From Kiritimatiellia bacterium (GTDB lineage Bacteria > Verrucomicrobiota > Kiritimatiellia > RFP12 > UBA1067): a DNA stretch of 64,000 nt. The notes below the pieces were generated by a model. The model did not search any database. It was not told where the DNA came from and was given only the letters and a program-made list of their open reading frames with translations. Each line of letters begins with the position of its first letter. The first letter of the stretch is position 1. Location: assembly GCA_050949565.1 (NCBI GenBank), contig JBMNFY010000017.1, forward strand, positions 1,120,001 to 1,184,000, given 5' to 3'. Shown here one piece after another: positions 17,751 through 27,090 of this stretch. The translations under genes were made by a program, and so were the position numbers.

Positions 17751-20700
17751 CGGTGCTGACCTCGACCTGATAGCGCCGACCGGGCTCTGTGTTGAAGCGC
17801 AGCGTCACGCTCTGCAGATCAAGCCGGACCGCCTCCACTTGCAAGGAGTCAACCGTTACCGGCGTCAGCGAGAGATGCAGATTGCCAGCCTCGTCGATCA
17901 CCCTGAGGTAATACGCGCTGCCTGCCACCAGCCTGCTCGCGGTGACGGAGTAGGTGTTCGCGCCCTCGCCCACGACAAGCCAGGCGGGCACACGGCCAAC
18001 CTCGGCCCACGCATTGTCGATCCACGCGTAGATCACGATATCGCCGCATCCGGCTTCGTTCACCGTCGACAGTTGGATGGTCACGCCTTCCGGCGTGGCG
18101 TGCAGACGGATGTCGATCGCAGTTGACAGCGGATGATCCCTGAACCCGAAGTTCAACGTTTCAGCCGGATGTCCGGCCAAAATCCCCGCACCAGAGACTA
18201 CGGTGTGGACGATTACAGCGTCCTCGCCCGAGGCGATCGCCCGGTTACGCCGTTCGTCGCCGTACGCCGCATGGCCTTCCGCGGGCACGTCAACCAATGT
18301 CGCGTTCACCCGTGAGACCAGCACCGACACAACACCCGGCGGCACCGAACCAAACTCGTAGTAGCCAACCGCATCGGTGTTGGTCGAGGCTATGACAACG
18401 CCGTCCACCATCAGCCGTACAAGCGCATTGGTGACTGTCGTGTCACCCTTGGCGCGCAGCAGATCGTTGACGGTGTCTATGAAGACATATCCCCTGACCA
18501 TGGCGGGTAGCGTGTCCAAGAAGTTGTTGTTCGCCGAACGTCCGCCGTCAAGCAGCGACACTGTAATGCTGTTGTCGTTCGTGCCATCGGCATCCATCGT
18601 GCTGGACCAATTCGGCAGGTCGGTCTGGACGATCTCATAGTCCCCCGGCGGGAGGTTATCAAAGGTATAGCTGCCATCGGCCGCCGTCGTGGTCGTGGCG
18701 ACAACCACGCCGTTGGTCTTGAGCGTCACGGTGACGCCTTCCAACCCGGCAGCCTTGTCCGCCTCATCGAAAACGCCGTCGCCGTTCAGGTCATGCCAAA
18801 CATGGCCTTCGATCGTACCTGAGCGCGCGTCAAAGAAGTCCCGCCCCGTCACCTTGTCGCCAGCGCTGACGCTTACGGGGATCTGGTTGTCGTTCGCGCC
18901 GACGACGTCGCCGGTGCTCTGGTAGCCCGGCAAGTCGGTCTCGACCACGACGTAGCTGCCGGCCGGCAGACCGCTGAAGGCGTAACCGCCCTTGTTGTCG
19001 GTCTGTGTATGGCTCACGGCCTCCTCGCCGGGGTCGATCTCGCCATTGTTGTTGGCGTCCTTGTAGAGCGCGACCGTCACCCCCTTGACTCCCACTTCGT
19101 CAGGATCGGCTGTGCCGTTGCGGTTCGCGTCGTTCCAGACGGTGCCGCTGATTGAGGCGTAGTCGGCGATGGGCATACGGACATCGCAGAAGTCATTGTT
19201 GGGATAGACACCGCTACCGGCGACAGTCACGGCGATGCGGTTGTCGTTGGCCCCCTGCGTGTCGCCAGTACTCTTGTAACCGGGCGGGTCGACCTCGACG
19301 ATAATATAGTCGCCGTCGGGCAGGTTGGAAAACTCGTAATAGCCGTCTTTACCGAGCGTGGTGGTGGTTGTTATCAGGTCACCGCCAGCGGTGTAGAGTT
19401 TGATCTCGACGTCTTTGAGGCGCGGCTCGCCGGAATCACCGATACCGTTCTCGTTGAGGTCGTTCCAGACGTGGCCGCTGATCAGGCCGGCGGTGGTCAC
19501 GAGGTTCGTGTCGGAGTCCCGGGCAGGCGGCACGGGGTTGCCGTGCTCGTCCTCGGAGTAGTCGGCAATGGCGGTATTGACAATCGGAGTACCGGCACCG
19601 ACCACTTTGAATTTAAGGTCGATCGTGATCGAACCGCCCACGTCGAGGCCGCCGGGAGCAGCGATGTTCTCCCAGAAGAGCAAGCCCGCACCGACACCGT
19701 CAGGCTCGGTCGTTGCCGAACCGGGCACGTAGGCGAGATAGGCGGCGCTAAAGGCATCCTCCAGCGGCAGCAACGTAATACGCGTGGTGCCGGTGTTGGT
19801 CACCACGATACGGTATTCGACGATATCCCCGTAACTCGCGGTGCCACCGCTGGGCGAGAGCAGCGTCTTGGTGACCGTGTGGCCGGCATTGACGATCTCG
19901 ACGGCGGCAGAGTCGCTCTGCGAGCCGCCGGGGTACGTGGCTGTGGCGCTATTGACTGCCGTATTTGCGGCGGTCTGCGCCTTGAAGGTCAGTTCGAACT
20001 CCCGGTAGCCGCCGACAGCCAGCGGGCCAACGTTATTCCAAGTCACTTGGCGCTGTGTCGCGTTGTGGATGTCCGCCGTGGGCGAAGCCGAGACGAATTT
20101 TAGCTGGATGGGATAGGTGTCCGTCAGGGTGACGGGATCGAGCACCGTGGTGCCGGTGTTGGCCACCCTTACACGATAGACCACCTCATCGCCGACCACC
20201 ACTGCGGTAACGGATGGGTCGGCGAGTTGTTTCTGGATGGCCAAGCCGGAAGTGCCGGACGGTTGCGTCACGATTGCCGTGTCGCTTGAGGTGTCGGTGG
20301 GATCGTTCGGATCAACGTAGACCACATCCAGTACCGTCCCCGGAGGAGCGTAGAGCGTGCCGTCTTCGTCGCCGCCATCGGTTGTCGAGTTGGCAGGCAC
20401 TTCAGCGGTGAAGATGCCGGTGTTGGGGCCGGTCTCATAAAGCGTGATGGTCTCGGTGTCGCCGCTGCTGGTGGTGACGGTTACCGTGACCGTTTCTACG
20501 ACATTGGGGTCGGTGTTCTGATCCAGATCGATCACACGAATGAAGACCGTCTGATCGGGATCATAGGTATCGGTGGCGGCACCGTTGTTGGTGATGGTGA
20601 ACTCGGTGGTGCTCGGCGTGCCGAAGTCGAGGAAGGTGACATCGAGCCGTGTCGCGGCGGTGTCCGTGATGCCCTCGGTGCCCTCGTGCGCCGTGACCGC

Positions 20701-22842
20701 GACCGAATAGCTGCCCTCCGCCGGTGGGCGCCAAACGTACTCATAGGTCTTGGTACACGACGTGACATCGACAACCTCGGCGTCATTCAACGACGCCGTC
20801 ACGCCCGCCTCCGGGATGGAGATGTCGAGGCCAGTGATGTCGTAGGCGCCGAAGGGATCGCTGACCGTCGCACGGACATAGGCCGTCGCACCTGCGACGA
20901 TAGCCCCCACCGGACTGCCACCGGGATAGGGTGCGTCGTAAATCGCCAGCGATTCGATGTCGATCACGGTCTCAGCGGGCAGACTGACGCGCGAGGGATA
21001 GTCGGCGCTGTCGTAGAGCACCGCGAAGGGCGAACTGTCGGCGGTAGTGATCTCAAGGGTGACCGCCTGTCCGGCGGGCACCGTCACTGGGCTGCTCCCC
21101 ACAGTACCACTCCAGTCAACTTGGTAGATCCCTGCCCCATTGGCGCCATTGGCAAGCCGTTGGGCCGTGGGGGCGCTGAGAGTCGCAAAGGTCGTGCTGC
21201 CGTACTTGAGCGTGGCGCTGATGGCGGGGTTCACCGGCAGGTTGTCCTCTGTGGATGCCACATAAATGCGTGCAGAGATATTGCCGTTAGCAGGCATCAC
21301 GAAATCCTTGCAGAAAACCGGTGCCTGCGTAAACGACACGCTCGTCACGTTTTGCGACGGAATCGGCTGCTCGGCACCGTACGTGATGAAGGTGTCGGTC
21401 ATCGAGGCATACTGCGCGCTGATCCAATGCTGGCTCCGGGCGGCGGTGGCGATGCGCATCTCGTCGAGCTGGCCGTCGAAGTGGTGACCCGATGCCGTGT
21501 GCGCCGCGATGTAGTTGCCATTACCAACTACGGGGGTCCTGGAGGAGGGCGATACGGTCGCGTTCACGCCGTTGACGTAAATCGCATCCGTCGTGCCGCT
21601 GTGGACCCAGGCGACATGGATCCACGTTCTCCGTGCCGGAAGCGGGGCGGCTGCCTTCAATAGGCGGGGATAAATTGCGCTGCCGTTATACCACATGACT
21701 TCCACACGGTCGTTGTACCAGAGAACCTGATAGTCAATGCCGTTCACGCTTTGCGTGAAAATGCGGTCGAACTCCTCGCAATACCCGACCCAGATCCACG
21801 ATTCAAAGGTGAAAGCCGTGCTACCGGTGGGAATGATCGCGCCGGACGACAACGAGGTGTAGCCCACTCCATCAACATACCCGTCGGCACCGTTCACCGC
21901 CCCGGTAAGATCACGCATGACCGTTGCCGAGGCGACTCCATTCCAGCCGTTGCCGGTGGAATCGCCCACGGCGGTACCCGACGTCTCATCCATGTGCCAC
22001 ACCGCGCGGAAATTGCTGCTCCAGACGGCGGCGGGGGACTGGGCGTCCGTGGCGGCAGGATTGCCATACTCCATCCAGATGCTGTCAGTGTTTGACGAGG
22101 CGTTAATGCGTGGCACTTTGACCCAGACGTGGGCCTGCTGCGCGGTTGCGTTCCACGATTCGATCTCGTAGCTGAGCGGCGTGGTGCCGTCGGCATCGAA
22201 GAAGCGGATGTCGCGTCCGTCACTCTGGGCGTTAGCGAAATTGAAATTCGTACTGGTCAGATGGACGAGCACGGGGAAGTTGTCGAGGTTCTCGTTGCGC
22301 GAGCCGTTGTTGAAGGTGAGCTGCTTCTTGTAATGCCACTCGCTGCCGTCAAGAACCACCGTGTAGGCGGTCGTCGCATCCCCGGAGGCCACCGGATCGA
22401 TGCGATCCATGGCGTCGGCTGTCGCTCCGCCGGTGACGACAACCTGTTCGTTGCCCAGCGTGCTGAAGGTGCCGTTCATCGAGGCGTACTGCGCACTGAT
22501 CCAATTGGCGCTCCGCGCGGTGGCGGCGACGCGCATTTCGTCGAGCCGTCCGTCAAACGGGTTGCCGGATGGCACGCGTGTGCCGATGTAGTTGTTGCCA
22601 TTACCGGTTGTCGTACTCGAATGGGATGGCGTGGTACTACCGGCCACACCGTTGATGTAGAGGGTGTCGCTGGTGCCGTTGAATACCCAAGCAAAATGGA
22701 ACCAACTCCCCGTCGCCGGCACTGGGATGGCACCCTTGATCGGGGCGGCAACGGACCCGCCATCATTGCGCGAGACTTGAATCATGGTGTCGCTCCAGAC
22801 GACCTGGCAATTACGGTTCGCCGCATATTTTTGAATGATTGT
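17722..22842 (-). CDS. giant surface adhesin-like protein (LamG, DUF2341, DUF11 repeats, SdrD B-like repeats), truncated at both ends
   Basis: Two LDEMR.A..ARS..WISAQY LamG ends; DGRDIRFFDADGTTPLSYEIE (DUF2341); V.YRVRVANTG (DUF11); 3-4 ISGHVWNDLN..G..D..E repeats; no signal peptide. Confidence 0.8.
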   Translation of the reverse strand, partial: TIIQKYAANRNCQVVWSDTMIQVSRNDGGSVAAPIKGAIPVPATGSWFHFAWVFNGTSDTLYINGVAGSTTPSHSSTTTGNGNNYIGTRVPSGNPFDGRLDEMRVAATARSANWISAQYASMNGTFSTLGNEQVVVTGGATADAMDRIDPVASGDATTAYTVVLDGSEWHYKKQLTFNNGSRNENLDNFPVLVHLTSTNFNFANAQSDGRDIRFFDADGTTPLSYEIESWNATAQQAHVWVKVPRINASSNTDSIWMEYGNPAATDAQSPAAVWSSNFRAVWHMDETSGTAVGDSTGNGWNGVASATVMRDLTGAVNGADGYVDGVGYTSLSSGAIIPTGSTAFTFESWIWVGYCEEFDRIFTQSVNGIDYQVLWYNDRVEVMWYNGSAIYPRLLKAAAPLPARRTWIHVAWVHSGTTDAIYVNGVNATVSPSSRTPVVGNGNYIAAHTASGHHFDGQLDEMRIATAARSQHWISAQYASMTDTFITYGAEQPIPSQNVTSVSFTQAPVFCKDFVMPANGNISARIYVASTEDNLPVNPAISATLKYGSTTFATLSAPTAQRLANGANGAGIYQVDWSGTVGSSPVTVPAGQAVTLEITTADSSPFAVLYDSADYPSRVSLPAETVIDIESLAIYDAPYPGGSPVGAIVAGATAYVRATVSDPFGAYDITGLDISIPEAGVTASLNDAEVVDVTSCTKTYEYVWRPPAEGSYSVAVTAHEGTEGITDTAATRLDVTFLDFGTPSTTEFTITNNGAATDTYDPDQTVFIRVIDLDQNTDPNVVETVTVTVTTSSGDTETITLYETGPNTGIFTAEVPANSTTDGGDEDGTLYAPPGTVLDVVYVDPNDPTDTSSDTAIVTQPSGTSGLAIQKQLADPSVTAVVVGDEVVYRVRVANTGTTVLDPVTLTDTYPIQLKFVSASPTADIHNATQRQVTWNNVGPLAVGGYREFELTFKAQTAANTAVNSATATYPGGSQSDSAAVEIVNAGHTVTKTLLSPSGGTASYGDIVEYRIVVTNTGTTRITLLPLEDAFSAAYLAYVPGSATTEPDGVGAGLLFWENIAAPGGLDVGGSITIDLKFKVVGAGTPIVNTAIADYSEDEHGNPVPPARDSDTNLVTTAGLISGHVWNDLNENGIGDSGEPRLKDVEIKLYTAGGDLITTTTTLGKDGYYEFSNLPDGDYIIVEVDPPGYKSTGDTQGANDNRIAVTVAGSGVYPNNDFCDVRMPIADYASISGTVWNDANRNGTADPDEVGVKGVTVALYKDANNNGEIDPGEEAVSHTQTDNKGGYAFSGLPAGSYVVVETDLPGYQSTGDVVGANDNQIPVSVSAGDKVTGRDFFDARSGTIEGHVWHDLNGDGVFDEADKAAGLEGVTVTLKTNGVVVATTTTAADGSYTFDNLPPGDYEIVQTDLPNWSSTMDADGTNDNSITVSLLDGGRSANNNFLDTLPAMVRGYVFIDTVNDLLRAKGDTTVTNALVRLMVDGVVIASTNTDAVGYYEFGSVPPGVVSVLVSRVNATLVDVPAEGHAAYGDERRNRAIASGEDAVIVHTVVSGAGILAGHPAETLNFGFRDHPLSTAIDIRLHATPEGVTIQLSTVNEAGCGDIVIYAWIDNAWAEVGRVPAWLVVGEGANTYSVTASRLVAGSAYYLRVIDEAGNLHLSLTPVTVDSLQVEAVRLDLQSVTLRFNTEPGRRYQVEVSTDRRRAAIGG

Positions 22843-23041
22843 CTATCTCCTCTTTTTTATTGGACAGCGTCGCGGAAATCAGGCCGCCCTACTGTGAAGA
22901 ACGTTGAACGCCCGGCGCTGAAGTCTGGAACTTGAAGCAGAAATCAAAAAACCTCTTGACGTTCTCGGCGTCTCGGCGGTTGCAAAACACTCAACGGTCA
23001 ACCTTGACACGCAAGCAGGGGGAGCCATACACTCAAGCCGT

Positions 23042-25309
23042 ATGAAAAGAGTGCTGATCATGTCGGTGGTAGTGTTCGGCGCACTGGCGGTTGTCGCCGG
23101 TGAAGATGCTTCCTGGCAAGCCAAGATTCGGAAGGACCATCCGCGCATGTTTTTCAACGCGGAGACGTGGCCTGCCATTAAAGCCCAAGCGCTCTCTGAC
23201 GGCTACACGCGCGAGCGCCTCAATGCCTTGCTGAAGGCAGTGGATGCGTATCCCGCCGATCCGGTCTGCTCGGGATATGAGCCCGTTACGACGCCACCTT
23301 CGACGCCTATCCCGGGCGTCAAAGAGTTCGGCGAGCAGGCCGCGCGTTGCGCGCTCGCGTGGCGTTTCACAGGCAAGCCTGAATATCTGGACAAGGCGCG
23401 CAAGATGCTCGTGGTGAGCGTTGCGGCTTACCGCCAGGCCTATGCGAACCGGCGTGCTGTGAACTGGTATTCCACCAGTCGCATCCTCGCGCTGTGTGCC
23501 TACGACTGGATTTTCGAAGCGCTCACACCCGACCAGCGCCGGGAGATCATCGTGCCGCTACTTGAACACGTCGCCGAAATTCAGCCGGGGCCGGGCAAAC
23601 CGGCAATCATACGCCGCAACACGGGAGGACCGAAAACGGGGTTCTACAGCGTCCCGAGTCTGCTCTGGTATGCGGGACTCGCCGCGCACGGCGACGGTTT
23701 TTGCGACGACCTCGCTCGCAGCCAATTGGAGAAGGGATACGCGCTCAATCGCGAAATGCTTGATTTCCGCGCCGCATCCTCAGGCGATGACGGCGCGTTG
23801 GTGAGCGGTGTGTCGGGGTACAGCATGGGTGCCTATCCGTGGGCACACTTCAACTTTTTCCACACCTACCTTTCCGCGACGGGCGAGAATATCGCGATGC
23901 GTTATCCCGAACTTGCGCTCTTTCCGAACTGGATCTGGTGGACCTGGATCCCGAACGCGCGCGACCCGCAGCGACCGCTCCAGTTCGGTTGGGGCGACGA
24001 CCAGCACGATGGCAATCTTCTGACAGTCGACCGGCTCTATCAGCACATGACGCAGACCATGTTTTTCTTCAAGGAGGTTGATCTGGATGCCGCACGCCTC
24101 GCCGCGAGCCTGCGCGATCTCGCGCCGAACCGTGATCTCGCCGGGGGTTGGCCGCACTACCCGTTCATCCTTGCTCTTGATAACGATGTCGTGCCGTTCA
24201 CGCGCGAAGAGCTTGCGGCCTGCACGCTCAAGGCGCGCCACTTTGAATCTACCGGGCAGTTTTTCCTCCGCTCCGGTTGGGAACCGGATTCAACCTACTG
24301 CCTGTTTACCGCCGGCGCGAAGAGTTTTGGGCACAAGCATTTGGATGAGAATAACTTCGTCATATACAAGCACGATTTCCTCGCGCTCGACTCTGGTTCG
24401 CGCGGGATTGAGACCGACACAAATCTACGCTATTACTACGCGCAGACGGTGGCCCACAACTGCATCCTGATCCACAAGCCTGGCGAGAAGACACCGAGTT
24501 ACTGGGGGCCTTTGAGCAAGGCACCCGAGGCGCAGGTGGGCCACGGCGGACAGATCGGAGGTGCCGCGCAGGTGTGTGCTTTTAGTACGGGCAGCCTGCT
24601 CACCTACATCGCTGCCGACGCAGCACCGGTCTATCGTGACAAGAGTACCGAGGTCGTGCGGCAGTTCGTGCATGTGCAGCCCGACTTCTTCGTTGTTTAC
24701 GATCGCGTGAACGCGACCGATGCCGCCTATAAAAAAGAGTGGCTGCTCCACACGCAAAACGAGCCGGTCATAACGAACAAACTTCTCCGCACGGATTGCG
24801 GCAAGGGCCGCCTCTTCTGCCAGACGCTGCTCCCCGAAAACGCCGTCCTGACGAAGGTCGGCGGTCCGGGCCGGGAGTTCTGGGCTTCCGGCAAGAACTG
24901 GGAACTCGATCCCGTGTTTGTCAAGCAAGCGGAGGCACGGGCGGCCAAGCGCGGGACGGGACCGTACTTCGGCAACTGGCGGCTTGAGGTTTCCCCGTCC
25001 GCGCCGCGTGTTGACGACCGCTTTCTGCATGTGCTCACCGCCACCGACACATCCCGCGAAAAACCTGTCGCCGCGCGCCTCATCCGCGACGACACGCGGG
25101 ACGGCGTTGTCCTGACCGTGCCCGGCTACAAAATCAAAGACCGCGACGGTACGCTGACAGTGGCGATTGTTTTCAATCGCACCGGAGAGATCGGCGGGGA
25201 GGCGCGCTATACGTTCAAGGATGCCGACGGTTCCGAGATTTCCTCCGGACGCTTTGCCTTCGAAAACATCGTGACGCCTCAAGCTGGCGTCTTTCCATCC
25301 ACGCACTAA
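23042..25309 (+). CDS. heparinase II/III family polysaccharide lyase
   Basis: Signal peptide; HPRMF, RSGW, GHKHLDENNFVIYK, LALDSG, QTVAHNCILI, VVYDRV, WLLHTQNEP. Confidence 0.85.
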   Translation: MKRVLIMSVVVFGALAVVAGEDASWQAKIRKDHPRMFFNAETWPAIKAQALSDGYTRERLNALLKAVDAYPADPVCSGYEPVTTPPSTPIPGVKEFGEQAARCALAWRFTGKPEYLDKARKMLVVSVAAYRQAYANRRAVNWYSTSRILALCAYDWIFEALTPDQRREIIVPLLEHVAEIQPGPGKPAIIRRNTGGPKTGFYSVPSLLWYAGLAAHGDGFCDDLARSQLEKGYALNREMLDFRAASSGDDGALVSGVSGYSMGAYPWAHFNFFHTYLSATGENIAMRYPELALFPNWIWWTWIPNARDPQRPLQFGWGDDQHDGNLLTVDRLYQHMTQTMFFFKEVDLDAARLAASLRDLAPNRDLAGGWPHYPFILALDNDVVPFTREELAACTLKARHFESTGQFFLRSGWEPDSTYCLFTAGAKSFGHKHLDENNFVIYKHDFLALDSGSRGIETDTNLRYYYAQTVAHNCILIHKPGEKTPSYWGPLSKAPEAQVGHGGQIGGAAQVCAFSTGSLLTYIAADAAPVYRDKSTEVVRQFVHVQPDFFVVYDRVNATDAAYKKEWLLHTQNEPVITNKLLRTDCGKGRLFCQTLLPENAVLTKVGGPGREFWASGKNWELDPVFVKQAEARAAKRGTGPYFGNWRLEVSPSAPRVDDRFLHVLTATDTSREKPVAARLIRDDTRDGVVLTVPGYKIKDRDGTLTVAIVFNRTGEIGGEARYTFKDADGSEISSGRFAFENIVTPQAGVFPSTH

Positions 25310-25325
25310 GAGAGGTGAACCCGCC

Positions 25326-26486
25326 ATGTCGATCAACCGCCGTCAGTTTTTAGCTGCGTCCGCCTGCACAAGCGCACTTTCCGCCTGTACGTCCGTGAAG
25401 CCGCTGAAGGTAAGGCCCACGCGTTTCAAGCCCATGTCCATCCCCGGACTTGAGGCGCGTCCCGATTTCTGGCGCGTGCGACCGGACGAAATGATCGCAG
25501 GTTGCGAGAGCGTGAAGAAGGGGCGGGCGGAAGTGATCGCCCACACGCCGCTCGGTTATCCTGTTCATGCTGTGTTCTACGGTGATTTTTCGGAGCCGCC
25601 GCCGCAGAGTAACTGGTCAGCCGGTTCCGCCTCGACCTCTTGGAAATCCTACTACGGCGAGCAAGAACACAAGCAGACCATTCTCCTTATCGCCGGTGTT
25701 CACGGCGCTGAACCCGAGTCAGGCGCGGGCGCGCTGAATCTCATCCGCATGTTGGAGACGGGGCAGGATTATCGCGGCAAGACCGATCCCGAGTTGATCG
25801 AGTTGGCTTCCCGTTACCGGCTCATCATCGTCCCTTGCGTGAATATGGACGGACGCGCACTTTCGCCCGATCATCTCCGCAACGTCGACCACCACACTTT
25901 CCGTATCGCTTCGCAAGGGGCTTGGCTGGACGGTTCGCAGGTGGGTTGGCGCGGCAGCAAGGCGTGGTTCCCGTTGCCGCTGGAGCGCGTCGCCTATCCC
26001 GGCGGTTATCCGAACTCCGAGGGCTACAACATCATGCACGACTGCGCACCCGGCGACATCCGCAGCGCGGAAGCGCGCGCGCTCCTGAAACTCGCCGCAC
26101 GTTGGCGCGTGGATGCCGTGATCAACGGGCACTCCTACGAGTTCGCGCCGTCCGTGATCAATCCGAACTGCATCGACACCCCCGCCAATATCGAGCGCGT
26201 CTGCGCACTCGCGAAAAAAGCGAATGCGGCGCTTTGTGCGGCGGGTCTCAGAGAAACGCCGGGCGGCGAGCCCAAAGCGCGGAACTCCATCAACCTCAAC
26301 ACGCTCTTCGCGCTCGCCTCCGGCGCAGCCGCCATCACGCTCGAATGCTCGGTTTCCTACGACCGCCCCAAAGATCCGAGGCGCACCTACACTTTCGATG
26401 AACTGATGGAGCCTGTCTTCGTCACGCTGAAGACGGTCATGCAGGACGGGCTTGAAACCCCGCTTGCCGACCGCTCGAAGTTCTGA
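25326..26486 (+). CDS. M14 family zinc carboxypeptidase-like protein, Tat lipoprotein
   Basis: RRQFL..LSAC leader; GVHGAEPE (HxxE), PCVNMDG, NGHS. Confidence 0.8.
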   Translation: MSINRRQFLAASACTSALSACTSVKPLKVRPTRFKPMSIPGLEARPDFWRVRPDEMIAGCESVKKGRAEVIAHTPLGYPVHAVFYGDFSEPPPQSNWSAGSASTSWKSYYGEQEHKQTILLIAGVHGAEPESGAGALNLIRMLETGQDYRGKTDPELIELASRYRLIIVPCVNMDGRALSPDHLRNVDHHTFRIASQGAWLDGSQVGWRGSKAWFPLPLERVAYPGGYPNSEGYNIMHDCAPGDIRSAEARALLKLAARWRVDAVINGHSYEFAPSVINPNCIDTPANIERVCALAKKANAALCAAGLRETPGGEPKARNSINLNTLFALASGAAAITLECSVSYDRPKDPRRTYTFDELMEPVFVTLKTVMQDGLETPLADRSKF

Positions 26487-26574
26487 TTTTGCGGATGTGT
26501 CGAAAGAATCGATGAATCGAATCATTCGTTGTGATCGACCATGCTCACGGGCAAGCCTGCCGCCGTAAAATCAA

Positions 26575-27045
26575 TCAGTAGACTTTAAAAACATCTTCAC
26601 GCATAACAAATCTCAGCAAGTCGCTCCAGCGTCCTGACAGACGATATACAAAAACATCATTGTCGTCGTCAGCTTTTGTTTGAGAACGGATTATCTCTGC
26701 CAGTCGAAGCTTGGTGTGGTGTGCATTTGGCACTTCTGATGACCCGGGCTCTGTGTAGTATATAGCGCCCATGAACAACTTGTTGTAACGCAATGTAGGT
26801 TCATCCATAGGTGCAGGAAGGCAGAAAACCAAAGCCTTCCCATTACGATCGATAATTTCTAAACCCATGCTGCCACCGTCACCAAAACTAAATGCTTTGA
26901 CCTCTCGGTAAGGTGTCTCAAGTGCTCTAAGTTTTGGTTCAACCCTTCTTAGATCTGCCTTCTCATAAGGGCGAAATATCCAAAGAACAGAAGAAACAAA
27001 CAGCACACCCAGAGTAATTCCTATAAAGCGCATTACTTTCTTCAT
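26575..27045 (-). CDS. low-GC membrane-anchored hypothetical protein
   Basis: 156-aa ORF with an N-terminal hydrophobic helix; AT-rich relative to its flanks. Confidence 0.65.
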   Translation of the reverse strand: MKKVMRFIGITLGVLFVSSVLWIFRPYEKADLRRVEPKLRALETPYREVKAFSFGDGGSMGLEIIDRNGKALVFCLPAPMDEPTLRYNKLFMGAIYYTEPGSSEVPNAHHTKLRLAEIIRSQTKADDDNDVFVYRLSGRWSDLLRFVMREDVFKVY

Positions 27046-27090
27046 GAGTTCACCCGTCCTGTTGGCTTGGTTACCGACCGAAAATTTCCA

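Noticed and set aside
27046-27090. Integron attC site
   Set aside because: Only an AAC-like half site; no complementary GTT arm or integrase was found.
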